DNA from: an uncultured Verrucomicrobiae bacterium
GTDB lineage: Bacteria; Verrucomicrobiota; Verrucomicrobiia; Limisphaerales; Palsa-1400
DNA: 64,000 bases
Direction of reading: 5' to 3'
Assembly: GCA_963707025.1 (NCBI GenBank)
Contig: CAVPOM010000010.1
Span: 160,001-224,000 of the forward strand
Shown: positions 9,855 through 18,774 of the stretch, in pieces
Position numbering within the stretch: position 1 is the stretch's first letter
How the letters are laid out: every line of letters begins with the position of its first letter
Notes under the pieces: generated by a model
Databases searched by the model: none
Seen by the model: the letters and a program-made list of their open reading frames with translations, nothing else
Told to the model about the DNA's origin: nothing
Position numbers and translations under genes: made by a program

Positions 9855-10217
9855 CTACGACTCCTGAATCCATGTCGGGAGGTTCACCTGGCAAGGCCTG
9901 GGGGGATCCGGGGCGGGTGCGCGCGCGTCCAAAGCCAAGGCGGAGACGTTTGACCGGCAAGGCTTGGGGGCATTTGGGGCGGGCCGCCGAAAACTCGCGC
10001 GGCGCCTTCTCCCAACCGCGGTGACCAACAGGGCAACCAGGAGAATCAAGATGGCATTCCAGAAATGAGCGCCCATTTGAAAATCCCACTGGGTGCCAAT
10101 CAAGGCAACCGTGAGAATCAAGAAGGCGGCCTGCCACGATAAAGCACGGCTCCATCTTACCTTTCGTACATGTAAGCCAGCATCCACGCAAGCTTTTTCG
10201 AGCAGTTGACGTGCCAA
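9855..10217 (-). CDS. Possible small two-TM hypothetical protein
   Basis: Two hydrophobic segments followed by RRRR, co-oriented and ending 17 bp before the kinase start. TTG start, no recognised homology. Confidence 0.35.
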   Translation of the reverse strand: MARQLLEKACVDAGLHVRKVRWSRALSWQAAFLILTVALIGTQWDFQMGAHFWNAILILLVALLVTAVGRRRRASFRRPAPNAPKPCRSNVSALALDARAPAPDPPRPCQVNLPTWIQES

Positions 10218-10463
10218 GGGCGCTGTTCGCGCCTTGCCTTGGCCTTTGTGGCGGGGGGTTGATTAAAAGCATCGGTCCATACCCGGTAAAATCTGCCCTG
10301 TGCTTTTGGGAAAGCGGCAAAAATGATCAGTTCGTCAAGCAGGAGTTGCTGTTGTAACCACCAAAGAAGGAACGAAATTTGGACCAGGCCTTCGCCCGGC
10401 AGCCGCACCTGCGCCGCCGCCTGCTGGAAACTGCCGGCCGGGTGGACCCCGCGGCCAAGGTAG

Positions 10464-11060
10464 TCAGCCTCCCGGACGCGACGCCAGGCTCATTAACTTG
10501 GAACTGATTTTCAACCCCGCGCTGGTGGCGGCGTCCTTGTTGATTTGGAACCGCATTTTGGTCCCCTCCACGAAGAAGTTGATCATGCCACCGGATTCGG
10601 TGAAATGGTCCGTGTCCCCCACGGTCAGGACACTGGCCCCTTTGAGGCTCTCCAGGATCTCCGGCAGCCGCTTTTTTTCGGAGCTGCTGATGAAAAGAAT
10701 GTGACAGTTGGTGACCTGCGCCGGCCAGCGAAACTCCCTGATTTCCAGCGGACGCGCATCCACGGTCTTATCGCGAATCGTGCGGGCCAGCTCGTCCCCG
10801 AAGGGGTTCTCGCCCAGAACGCCGAGGACAATGGGGTCTGTCCTTTTGGCAAAGGCCTGCGGCGGCCAATCCACGAATTTGGCGAAATTGAACAGAAAGG
10901 CGGCCTTGATCTGGTACTCCGTCGGCTGGGATGATGGCGCGCCGCCAGCGCCGCCGGTCAGTGGCAGCCAGGTCAGACTCAGGCCTAAAATTGAGATGGC
11001 GCGCCAACGCATGAACCTTTGAGTCGCAGTGCCCGCCTGGCGTCCTGCGGATTGCTCCAT
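10464..11060 (-). CDS. YfiR-family (DUF4154) periplasmic protein
   Basis: EYQIKAAFLFNFAKFVDWP, CHILFIS, VLTVGD, GGMINF, GLKISSKLMSLA. Alternative start at 11012. Confidence 0.93.
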   Translation of the reverse strand: MEQSAGRQAGTATQRFMRWRAISILGLSLTWLPLTGGAGGAPSSQPTEYQIKAAFLFNFAKFVDWPPQAFAKRTDPIVLGVLGENPFGDELARTIRDKTVDARPLEIREFRWPAQVTNCHILFISSSEKKRLPEILESLKGASVLTVGDTDHFTESGGMINFFVEGTKMRFQINKDAATSAGLKISSKLMSLASRPGG

Positions 11061-11255
11061 TTCATTTCGACCCAGTTTAACTCAAAACGCAAGGAGAAGT
11101 TTGCGCCCGCCATGCGGGTTCGGTTTGCCTGGGCGGAGGTTGACAGGGGCGAAGTCAAAGCCCTGACTTCGCAGCAGGCCCGGTCCATCCCCGCTCGGCG
11201 ATTCAGCGCGCCGCGCAGAACGGGCTTGCCAACCTCCCGTCCAGCGTGCTTGAGT

Positions 11256-11390
11256 TAGCGCGGTTTAAGAAATTGTGTAGCCCTGAATGAGGATGGTAGG
11301 GCGCGCACTCCGTGCGCGCCGCGGCGGGCAATCCCGGCCTGCCGGGACCCTACCGTGTAATGCGGCTGCAGTATTTGTGAAACCGCTCTA
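11256..11390. mobile_element. MITE-like element, copy 2
   Basis: TAGCGCGGTTTAAGAAAT ... ATTTGTGAAACCGCTCTA with the same internal sequence as 501-630. Ends 10 bp before the TonB-receptor ATG. Confidence 0.75.
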
Positions 11391-11400
11391 GGCGCAAAGC

Positions 11401-13473
11401 ATGAACAAGCCAAATTGCACCCGCCGGCCCGCCAGGGCTGGCGGGTGGCGTTGCTCCATGCTCCTGCGGCGCGCCTGGCCAATGCTGGCCTTGTTGGGGG
11501 CGCTGCTCGCCCCGCCGGCGGAGCTTGACGCGCAAACCAACCAGATGGATCTGACCCAACTCCCGCTGGAAGAGTTGATGAAGCTGGACGTTCCCAAGGT
11601 TTACGGCGCGTCCAGGCTTGAGCAAAAAACGACCGAAGCGCCCTCTTCCGTGACGATCATCACGGCTGACGAAATCCACAAGCAAGGTTATCGAACCCTG
11701 GCGGATGTCCTGGGCAGCGTGCAGGGCTTCAACATCTCTTATGACCGCAACTACGCCTTCCTGGGCGCCCAAGGCATCAGCCTGGGCGATTTCAACGACC
11801 GGGTGCTCCTGCTCGTGGACGGCCACCGGGTCAATAACGACTTCAACGACGGCGCGTTCATTGACACGGCCTTCCTCCTCGACATTGATCTGGTGGACCG
11901 GGTTGAAATCATCCGCGGCCCCGGCTCGGCCCTCTACGGCAACAACGCCTTTTTCGGTGTGATCAACGTCATTACCCGCCAGGGCAGGCAGCTTAACGGC
12001 TTCGAAACTTCCGGTGAATACGGTTGGTTCGGCGAGCGCAAGTTCCGGCTCAGTTATGGAGAGCACTTTACCAACGGCATCCAGATGCTGCTCTCCGCAA
12101 CCTATTACGACAGCGACGGCCAGGATCGCTTGTTTTACAAGGAATTCGACACCCCGGCCCAAAACCACGGCGTGGCGCAGAACATGGATGGCGATATCTC
12201 CGCCAGTTTGTTTGGTTCGCTGGGCTACGGGGACTTTACCCTGGAGAGCGCCTTTAATCAGCGGGTCAAATTCAATCCAACGGCCCAATTCGCCCTGACC
12301 ACCTTCGACGACCCGCGCTTGCGCACGATAGATGAGCAGGACTATTCCTCGTTGAAATACGCCCACAGTTTTCCGGATGTCGTGGATGTGACGGCGCAGG
12401 TTTATTACGACGGTTACACCCACGCCATTGGCTATCCGCAATCGGTGCCCACCAACAATTTGGTTTCCAGCAGATTTTCCACCGAAAAGGACATGGGCGA
12501 ATGGTGGGGCGCCGAACTGCAACTCAACAAACGCTTGTGGGACCGGCATGTTGTCACCCTGGGCGCGGAATTCCGGGACGACTTCCTGCAGGACTCGCGG
12601 GTGGTCGTGCAGGGCCAGCCGGACCAGGGTTCCCACGCCAGCACCAACCGCCTCAGCTACGGGGTCTATGCGCAAGGCGATTTCGCCCTGCTGACCAATC
12701 TCCATTTCAACGCGGGGGTGCGTTATGATCAATACGGCGATTTCAATCCGGCGGCCAATCCGCGTCTGGCTCTGATTTACCAGCCCTGGGAAAAATCCAC
12801 CTTCAAGGCCATTTACGGCACGGCCTTTCGCGTGCCCAGTTTTTATGAGCTGACCACTTCGGACCATGCGCTCAATCCGGAGGAAATCGCCAGCTATGAG
12901 CTGGTCTATGAGCAGGAAGCCGGACCGCACTTGCGATCTTCCGTCTCCGGCTATTACAATCAAATGGACAATTTGCTCGTTTTTAGCAGCGGGAGCTTTA
13001 CCAACTTCAACGCCAACACCAAAGGCCTGGAACTGGCCCTGGAAGCCTTCTCGGCCGGCGGCCTGCGCGGCCGGGCCAGCTATTCGCTTCAGGACACCCG
13101 CAATTCGTCGGTCGGCTGGGAGATGCCGGATTCGCCCGAGCAGATGTTCAAATTCGATCTCAGTGTGCCCCTGGTCAAAGACAAACTTTTTGCCGGCCTG
13201 GAATTCCAGTACACCAGCAGCCGCCGCAGCCTCCACAACATCACCGACCCAAGCGGCCAGCCGCTGACCGTGCAAGGCGAGGATACGGGCGGTTTTGGCA
13301 TCGTCAACCTGACGCTGTTGAGCCGGAAGGTGGTCAGGAACCTCGAATTCTCAGCCAGCGTTTACAACCTCCTGGACCACCTCTACGCTGATCCGGCCTC
13401 GCAGTTCCATATACAGGACATTATCGAGCAAGACGGCCGCAGTTTCCGCCTCAAACTGACGTACCACTTTTAG
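11401..13473 (+). CDS. TonB-dependent outer-membrane receptor
   Basis: Signal peptide, LTQLPLEELMKLDV N-terminus, plug motif VDRVEIIRGPGSALYGNNA, and C-terminal GRSFRLKLTYHF. Confidence 0.95.
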   Translation: MNKPNCTRRPARAGGWRCSMLLRRAWPMLALLGALLAPPAELDAQTNQMDLTQLPLEELMKLDVPKVYGASRLEQKTTEAPSSVTIITADEIHKQGYRTLADVLGSVQGFNISYDRNYAFLGAQGISLGDFNDRVLLLVDGHRVNNDFNDGAFIDTAFLLDIDLVDRVEIIRGPGSALYGNNAFFGVINVITRQGRQLNGFETSGEYGWFGERKFRLSYGEHFTNGIQMLLSATYYDSDGQDRLFYKEFDTPAQNHGVAQNMDGDISASLFGSLGYGDFTLESAFNQRVKFNPTAQFALTTFDDPRLRTIDEQDYSSLKYAHSFPDVVDVTAQVYYDGYTHAIGYPQSVPTNNLVSSRFSTEKDMGEWWGAELQLNKRLWDRHVVTLGAEFRDDFLQDSRVVVQGQPDQGSHASTNRLSYGVYAQGDFALLTNLHFNAGVRYDQYGDFNPAANPRLALIYQPWEKSTFKAIYGTAFRVPSFYELTTSDHALNPEEIASYELVYEQEAGPHLRSSVSGYYNQMDNLLVFSSGSFTNFNANTKGLELALEAFSAGGLRGRASYSLQDTRNSSVGWEMPDSPEQMFKFDLSVPLVKDKLFAGLEFQYTSSRRSLHNITDPSGQPLTVQGEDTGGFGIVNLTLLSRKVVRNLEFSASVYNLLDHLYADPASQFHIQDIIEQDGRSFRLKLTYHF

Positions 13474-13504
13474 ACAGTGGCACGGAATTAGCTTATTATA
13501 TTGA

Positions 13505-16150
13505 ATGTTCAGCATGAGAGAAAGGCTGGTTCTCAGTTGGCCGCGAGCGCCGGCCATCTGTCTTCTGTTTTTCAGCTTGCTTGCGGCAAGTCCCTGCCAA
13601 GCCGGCGGCCCGCCGCCATACATCATTGTCCAACCTTTGAGCATAAGTGTCCCAATCCAGGACACGGCGGCCTTTCAAGTCGTGGCCTACAGCGGTACCA
13701 CGATGAGCTACCAGTGGCTCAAGAACGGCTCGATCATTGCCAAAGCTAATCTCAGCAGCTACACGATTTCTAACGTTCAGGTCAACGATCAGGCAACCTA
13801 TTCGGTTCAGATCAGCAATGCGGGAGGTTCGGTCACCAGCTCCAACGCGACCTTGACCGTCCTGTTTCCACCGGCCATTACGACCCAGCCGCAAAGCCAG
13901 ATCGCGGCGCAGCATCAAAGTGTTTCATTCTCCGTCGCGGCCAGCGGCTCGACACCGTTCAGCTATCAATGGTATTTCAACGGCGCCTCGTTGGGCACGG
14001 CAGCCCAAAGTGCGACGCTCAAGTACAGCAGCGTTGGCACGGGGAGAACCGGCCGCTACACGGTGGTGGTGGCGAACGCGGCGGGCTCGGTGACCAGCGC
14101 GGTGGCGACGTTGACGGTCTATATTCCGCCAGGAATCGAGACCCAACCGCAGAACCAGACGGTGACGCAGGGCCAGGGCGCTTCCTTCTCCGTCGTGGCC
14201 AACGGCTCGGCCCCGTTGAGCTATCAGTGGAATTTGAATGGCACGGCCCTGTCCGGCGCCACCAACGCAACCTTGGCCCTCCCCAGCGCCCAGGGGACCG
14301 ACGCCGGCAGCTACACGGTGTTGGTGGCGAACCCTGTTGGCAGCGTTCTCAGCCAGGCGGCGACGCTGACGGTTAATATCCCGCCGGCGATCACAACCCA
14401 GCCGCAGGGCCAGACGCTGATCCAGGGGCAGAATGCCTCGTTCTCCGTGGTGGCGAGCGGCACGCCGAATTTGAATTATCAGTGGTATTTGAACGGCTCC
14501 TCGTTGGGCAGCGGCGCGCCGCAAAGCTCAACGCTCACGCTCAACGATGTTGGGGCGAACAACGCCGGCAGCTACACAGTCGTGGTCAACAATAACTTTG
14601 GCTCGGTCACCAGCGCGGTGGCGGCCTTGACCGTCCTGGTCCCGGCGGGCATCACGACGCAGCCGCAGAGCCAGGCGGTGGTGCAGGGTCAAAACGCTTC
14701 CTTCTCCGTGGCAGCCAGCGGCACGGCGCCATTGAACTATCAGTGGAGTTGCAACGGCGCGGCCTTGTCCGGCGCCACCAATGCCGCGCTGACGCTGACC
14801 AATGTTCAGCCGGCCAACGCCGGCAGCTACACCGTGCTGGTGTCCAACTCCTGGGGTTCGGTCCCGAGCGCGGTGGCGACGCTGAGCGTTAATATTCCGC
14901 CGGCGATCACGACCCAGCCGCAGGGCCAGACGCTGATCCAAGGGCAAAACGCTTCCTTCTCCGTGGTGGCGAGCGGCACGCCGAATTTGAATTATCAGTG
15001 GTATTTGAACGGCTCCTCGTTGGTCAGCGGCGTGGCGCAAAGTTCCACGCTCACCCTCAACGATGTTGGGACGAACAACGCCGGCAGCTACACGGTGGTG
15101 GTCAATAATAATTGGGGTTCGGTCACCAGCGCGGTGGCGGCCTTGACGGTGCTCATCCCGGCGGGCATCACGACGCAGCCGCAGAGCCAGGCGGTGGTGC
15201 AGGGTCAAAACGCTTCCTTCTCCGTGGCGGCCAGCGGCACGGCGCCATTGAACTATCAGTGGAGTTGCAACGGCGCGGCCTTGTCCGGCGCCACCAATAC
15301 CGCGCTGACGCTGACCAATGTTCAGCCGGCCAACGCCGGCAGCTACACGGTGCTGGTGGCCAACTCCTGGGGTTCGGTCCCAAGCGCGGTGGCGACCCTG
15401 ACGGTCTATGTTCCGCCGGCCATTACAACCCAACCGCAAAGCCAGGCGCTGGTCCAGGGTCAGACCGCTTCCCTCTCCGTCGTGGCCGGCGGCACGACAC
15501 CGTTCACCTATCAATGGTATTTCAACGGCTCCTCCTTGGGCGGGGCCGCGGCGCAAAGTTCCATGCTATCGGTTGACAACATTGGGACGAATAACGCCGG
15601 CAGCTACACGGTGGTGGTCAATAATAATTGGGGCTCGGCCACCAGCGCGGTGGCGACCCTGACGGTGATTGTTGGGCCGGCCATCACCTCCCAGCCGCAG
15701 AGCCAGGCCGTGGCGGCGGGCCAGAGCGCTTTGTTCCTCGTCGGAGCCAGTGGCCTGGCCACCAGCTTTCAGTGGAATTTCAACAGCGCGGCCGTTGCCG
15801 GCGCCACCAATGCTTCGCTCACTCTCACCAATGTTCAAACGACCAACGCCGGCAGCTACACGGTATGGGTGACCAATCCCGCCGGAAGCGTTCTCAGCCA
15901 GATGGCGACCCTGACCGTGACCAACCCCGTCGTCCTCCTGGCGCTCGCTGGTGGCGGCGGAATCCCACCCAGTGGCTTCACCTTCCAGGTGTTGGTGCCG
16001 AGCGGGCTTACCTACGTTATTCTGGCTTCGACTGATTTCCAGACCTGGACACCCATCGCCACCAACGTCGCCACCGCCGGAAGCGTCTTTTTTACGGATG
16101 CTGCCGCCACAAACCATCCCATCCGGTTCTATCGGGCGCTGGCACAGTAA
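13505..16150 (+). CDS. Secreted protein with nine tandem immunoglobulin (I-set-like) domains and a C-terminal putative sorting domain
   Basis: Nine units of P.ITTQPQ...YQW..NG...AGSYTV.V.N..GSV.S..A.LTV. Ends ASTDFQTWTPI..FTD..RFYRA. Confidence 0.93.
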   Translation: MFSMRERLVLSWPRAPAICLLFFSLLAASPCQAGGPPPYIIVQPLSISVPIQDTAAFQVVAYSGTTMSYQWLKNGSIIAKANLSSYTISNVQVNDQATYSVQISNAGGSVTSSNATLTVLFPPAITTQPQSQIAAQHQSVSFSVAASGSTPFSYQWYFNGASLGTAAQSATLKYSSVGTGRTGRYTVVVANAAGSVTSAVATLTVYIPPGIETQPQNQTVTQGQGASFSVVANGSAPLSYQWNLNGTALSGATNATLALPSAQGTDAGSYTVLVANPVGSVLSQAATLTVNIPPAITTQPQGQTLIQGQNASFSVVASGTPNLNYQWYLNGSSLGSGAPQSSTLTLNDVGANNAGSYTVVVNNNFGSVTSAVAALTVLVPAGITTQPQSQAVVQGQNASFSVAASGTAPLNYQWSCNGAALSGATNAALTLTNVQPANAGSYTVLVSNSWGSVPSAVATLSVNIPPAITTQPQGQTLIQGQNASFSVVASGTPNLNYQWYLNGSSLVSGVAQSSTLTLNDVGTNNAGSYTVVVNNNWGSVTSAVAALTVLIPAGITTQPQSQAVVQGQNASFSVAASGTAPLNYQWSCNGAALSGATNTALTLTNVQPANAGSYTVLVANSWGSVPSAVATLTVYVPPAITTQPQSQALVQGQTASLSVVAGGTTPFTYQWYFNGSSLGGAAAQSSMLSVDNIGTNNAGSYTVVVNNNWGSATSAVATLTVIVGPAITSQPQSQAVAAGQSALFLVGASGLATSFQWNFNSAAVAGATNASLTLTNVQTTNAGSYTVWVTNPAGSVLSQMATLTVTNPVVLLALAGGGGIPPSGFTFQVLVPSGLTYVILASTDFQTWTPIATNVATAGSVFFTDAAATNHPIRFYRALAQ
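14372..15403 (+). repeat. Intragenic tandem duplication, 516-bp period (two Ig domains)
   Basis: GTTAATATYCCGCCGGCGATCAC starts at both 14372 and 14888, and the two units are near-identical in DNA. Confidence 0.9.
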
Positions 16151-16179
16151 AGGCCCCGGTCCTTGAATTTTGCAGGGCC

Positions 16180-16300
16180 GGGACCTCTGCAAAACCCCTG
16201 TAGCAGAGGTCTATGACCATCGCCATGCCGTTACTTCCCCTGGTTTGCGGCGGCTACAGACCGCCGCCACAATCGTGGACGCGCGTTTTGCAGAGGTCTC
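16180..16300. mobile_element. MITE-like element with GRGACCTCTGCAAAAC terminal inverted repeats enclosing a GTAG-type REP doublet
   Basis: 16-bp TIR with 1 mismatch (GGGACCTCTGCAAAAC / GTTTTGCAGAGGTCTC). Inner arms are TGTAGCAGAGGTCTATGACC and GGCTACAGACCGCCGCCACA. Confidence 0.7.
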
Positions 16301-16438
16301 GGACCAGGACAGTCATGCTTTCACCTTCAAAAATGGCCGCCAGAGTCCCATCTGCCCGAAAATAATCGGGGCTAATTGTTGCGGCACGGAGTTGAATTCG
16401 CTATTGCCAGTTCACCATTCGGAATTCACCATGCCCGC

Positions 16439-17764
16439 GTGATCGTTCCCTGCCACAGGTTGCTGATCTGGACTGCCTTGGTGCTGTTGCCGGCGGCGCT
16501 GCTGGCGGGCGTGATCGCGCCCTTGTTCCCCATCGCCGCCGCGGTCGTCACCCTCTTTGCCGCGCTCGCCGCGCTGGATGCCATGCTCGGCCAGGGCGCG
16601 CTGGAGGGTATCCAGGTCCAGTTGCCCCCCGTCGTCAGGCTGAGCAAGGACCGCCCCGGCGCCATCGAAATTCAGATCAAAAACGACCTGCAGAAACCCA
16701 AACAGCTCCGCCTCGGCCTCCCCTTGCCCCGCGAATTTTCCGCCCCGCAGGAGGACCTGACTGTCCAGCTCCCCGGCAAATCCCTCCTTTCCCGACTCTC
16801 CTGGCCCTGCACCGCTTTGCGCCGCGGCCGTTACCTTCTGGGCCAGTGCCACATCGAAACCGTCTCACCCCTGGGCTTTTGGGCGGTGCGCGCCGCCGCC
16901 CCGGCCCCCTGCGAATTGCGGGTTTATCCCAATTTGCTCCTCGAACGCAACGCCTGCGCCGCCCTGTTCCTCAACCGCCACTCCCTCGGCGCCCACGCCC
17001 AGCGCCAGATCGGCAAGGGCCGCGACTTCGAGCAACTCCGCGACTACATCTCCGGCGACGGCTACGAGGACATCCATTGGAAGGCCACCGCCAAGCGCGG
17101 CCATCCTGTCACCAAGATTTTTCAGATGGAGCGGACCCAGGAAATCTACGTCATCGTGGACGCCTCCCGCTTGAGCGCGCGCCTGGCGCCGGGCGGCGTC
17201 ACCATCCTGGAGCGGTTCATCACCGCCGGCCTGGTCCTCGGCCTGGCCGCCCAGCAGCAGGGCGATCTGTTCGGCCTCATCACCTTCAGCGACCGCATCG
17301 AGAATTTTGTCCGCGCCAAAAACGGCCGCTCCCATTACAACCTCTGCCGCGACGCCATTTACGCCCTCCACCCCCGGCAGGTCACGCCCGATTTCGACGA
17401 GCTGGCCACCTTCATCCGCCTGCGCCTGCGCCGGCGCGCCCTCCTGGTCATCCTCACCTCGCTGGATGATCCGGTGCTGGCGGAAAGCTTTGTGCGCGAC
17501 ATGGACCTGATCTGCCGGCAGCACGTCATTCTGGTCAACATGATGCAGTCGCCGGACATCGCCCCGATGTTTTCCGGGGCCACCGCCTCGGGCCTGGACG
17601 ATCTCTACCAGCATCTGGGCGCCCACATTCTCTGGAACAACCTGCGCCAACTGGAAATCCGCCTGCAACGCCGCGGCGTCCGCTTCTCCCTGGTCCCGAA
17701 CGAGGCCCTCAGCGCCCAGCTCATCACCCAGTACATGACCGTCAAACGGAGGCAAATGCTGTGA
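16439..17764 (+). CDS. DUF58 domain protein (MoxR/vWA-associated)
   Basis: SPLGFW, LRVYP, GRDFEQLRDY..GD...IHWKATAKRG, and a DASRLS MIDAS-like motif. GTG start chosen. Confidence 0.92.
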   Translation: MIVPCHRLLIWTALVLLPAALLAGVIAPLFPIAAAVVTLFAALAALDAMLGQGALEGIQVQLPPVVRLSKDRPGAIEIQIKNDLQKPKQLRLGLPLPREFSAPQEDLTVQLPGKSLLSRLSWPCTALRRGRYLLGQCHIETVSPLGFWAVRAAAPAPCELRVYPNLLLERNACAALFLNRHSLGAHAQRQIGKGRDFEQLRDYISGDGYEDIHWKATAKRGHPVTKIFQMERTQEIYVIVDASRLSARLAPGGVTILERFITAGLVLGLAAQQQGDLFGLITFSDRIENFVRAKNGRSHYNLCRDAIYALHPRQVTPDFDELATFIRLRLRRRALLVILTSLDDPVLAESFVRDMDLICRQHVILVNMMQSPDIAPMFSGATASGLDDLYQHLGAHILWNNLRQLEIRLQRRGVRFSLVPNEALSAQLITQYMTVKRRQML

Positions 17765-18774
17765 TCATTGATCTGCACAAATTCCTCCAAACCGAGCGCC
17801 CCGCCTGGACCGAATTGGAACAAACCCTGGTCAAGCTGGCCGACGAGCCCAATTGGCGCATGGACCTGGCCCAACTCAAACACTTCCATTACCTCTACGA
17901 GCGCGCCTCCGCCGACTTGGGCAAAATCGTCACCTTCGCCTCCGAGCCGGAGACGCGCCACTACCTGGAAGCCCTCGTCGCCCGCGCCTACGGCGAAATC
18001 CATGAGTCGCGCGAAAAAGCCCATCGCCTCCGTCTGTTCCACTGGTTCTTTGTTCTTTTCCCGCAAACTTTTCGCCGCCACCTCCGCGCCTTCTGGCTCG
18101 CCGTGGCCGTGACCCTGGCCGGTATTGTTTTTGGCGGAGCTGCCCTCGCGCTGGATCCGGACGCCAAACCGGTCCTTCTGCCTTTCGAGCATTTGCAAGG
18201 CAGCCCCTCCGAACGCGTGGCCCAGGAGGAAAAGGCCACGCACGACCGTCTGGCCGGAAGAAAAGGCGCCTTTTCGGCCCAACTCATGACCCACAATACG
18301 GAGGTCGCCATCAAGTGCCTCGCCTTCGGCGCGACCTGGGGCTTGGGCACCATCCTCATGCTCTTTTACAACGGCGTCATTCTGGGAGCCGTATCCGTGG
18401 ATTATATTCTCGCCGGGCAAAGCAAATTCCTGGTCGGCTGGCTCCTCCCGCACGGCTCGTTTGAAATCCCCGCCATCCTCATCGCCGGCCAGGGTGGCTT
18501 TATCCTGGGCCGCGCCCTCATTGGCTGGGGCCGCCGCGCCTCGCTCCGCAGCCGTCTCCAGGCGGTGTCGCGCAACCTGGTCATCCTCATCTTTGGCGTG
18601 GCCGTCATGCTCGTCTGGGCCGGGCTGGTGGAAAGTTTCTTTTCGCAATATCATGAACCGGTCATCCCCTACACCTTGAAAATCATGTTTGGCGTGGCGC
18701 AATTGAGTTTGCTCGCCCTGCTCCTGTTCAGGTCCGGCTCCTCTGCCGCTGCCCAAACTGCGGATGCCGGCTGA
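17761..18774 (+). CDS. Stage II sporulation protein M (SpoIIM/DUF95) family membrane protein
   Basis: LMTHNTEVA, LFYNGVILG, LLPHGSFEIPAILIAG, GLVESFFS. Overlaps the DUF58 stop. Confidence 0.92.
   Translation: MIIDLHKFLQTERPAWTELEQTLVKLADEPNWRMDLAQLKHFHYLYERASADLGKIVTFASEPETRHYLEALVARAYGEIHESREKAHRLRLFHWFFVLFPQTFRRHLRAFWLAVAVTLAGIVFGGAALALDPDAKPVLLPFEHLQGSPSERVAQEEKATHDRLAGRKGAFSAQLMTHNTEVAIKCLAFGATWGLGTILMLFYNGVILGAVSVDYILAGQSKFLVGWLLPHGSFEIPAILIAGQGGFILGRALIGWGRRASLRSRLQAVSRNLVILIFGVAVMLVWAGLVESFFSQYHEPVIPYTLKIMFGVAQLSLLALLLFRSGSSAAAQTADAG

Noticed and set aside
11061..11135. c-di-GMP-I riboswitch upstream of the YfiR gene (minus strand GGCAAACC...GGGCGCAAA)
   Set aside because: Only partial motif resemblance; no GNRA tetraloop and no convincing P3. 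An Infernal search with the Rfam c-di-GMP-I model would settle it.
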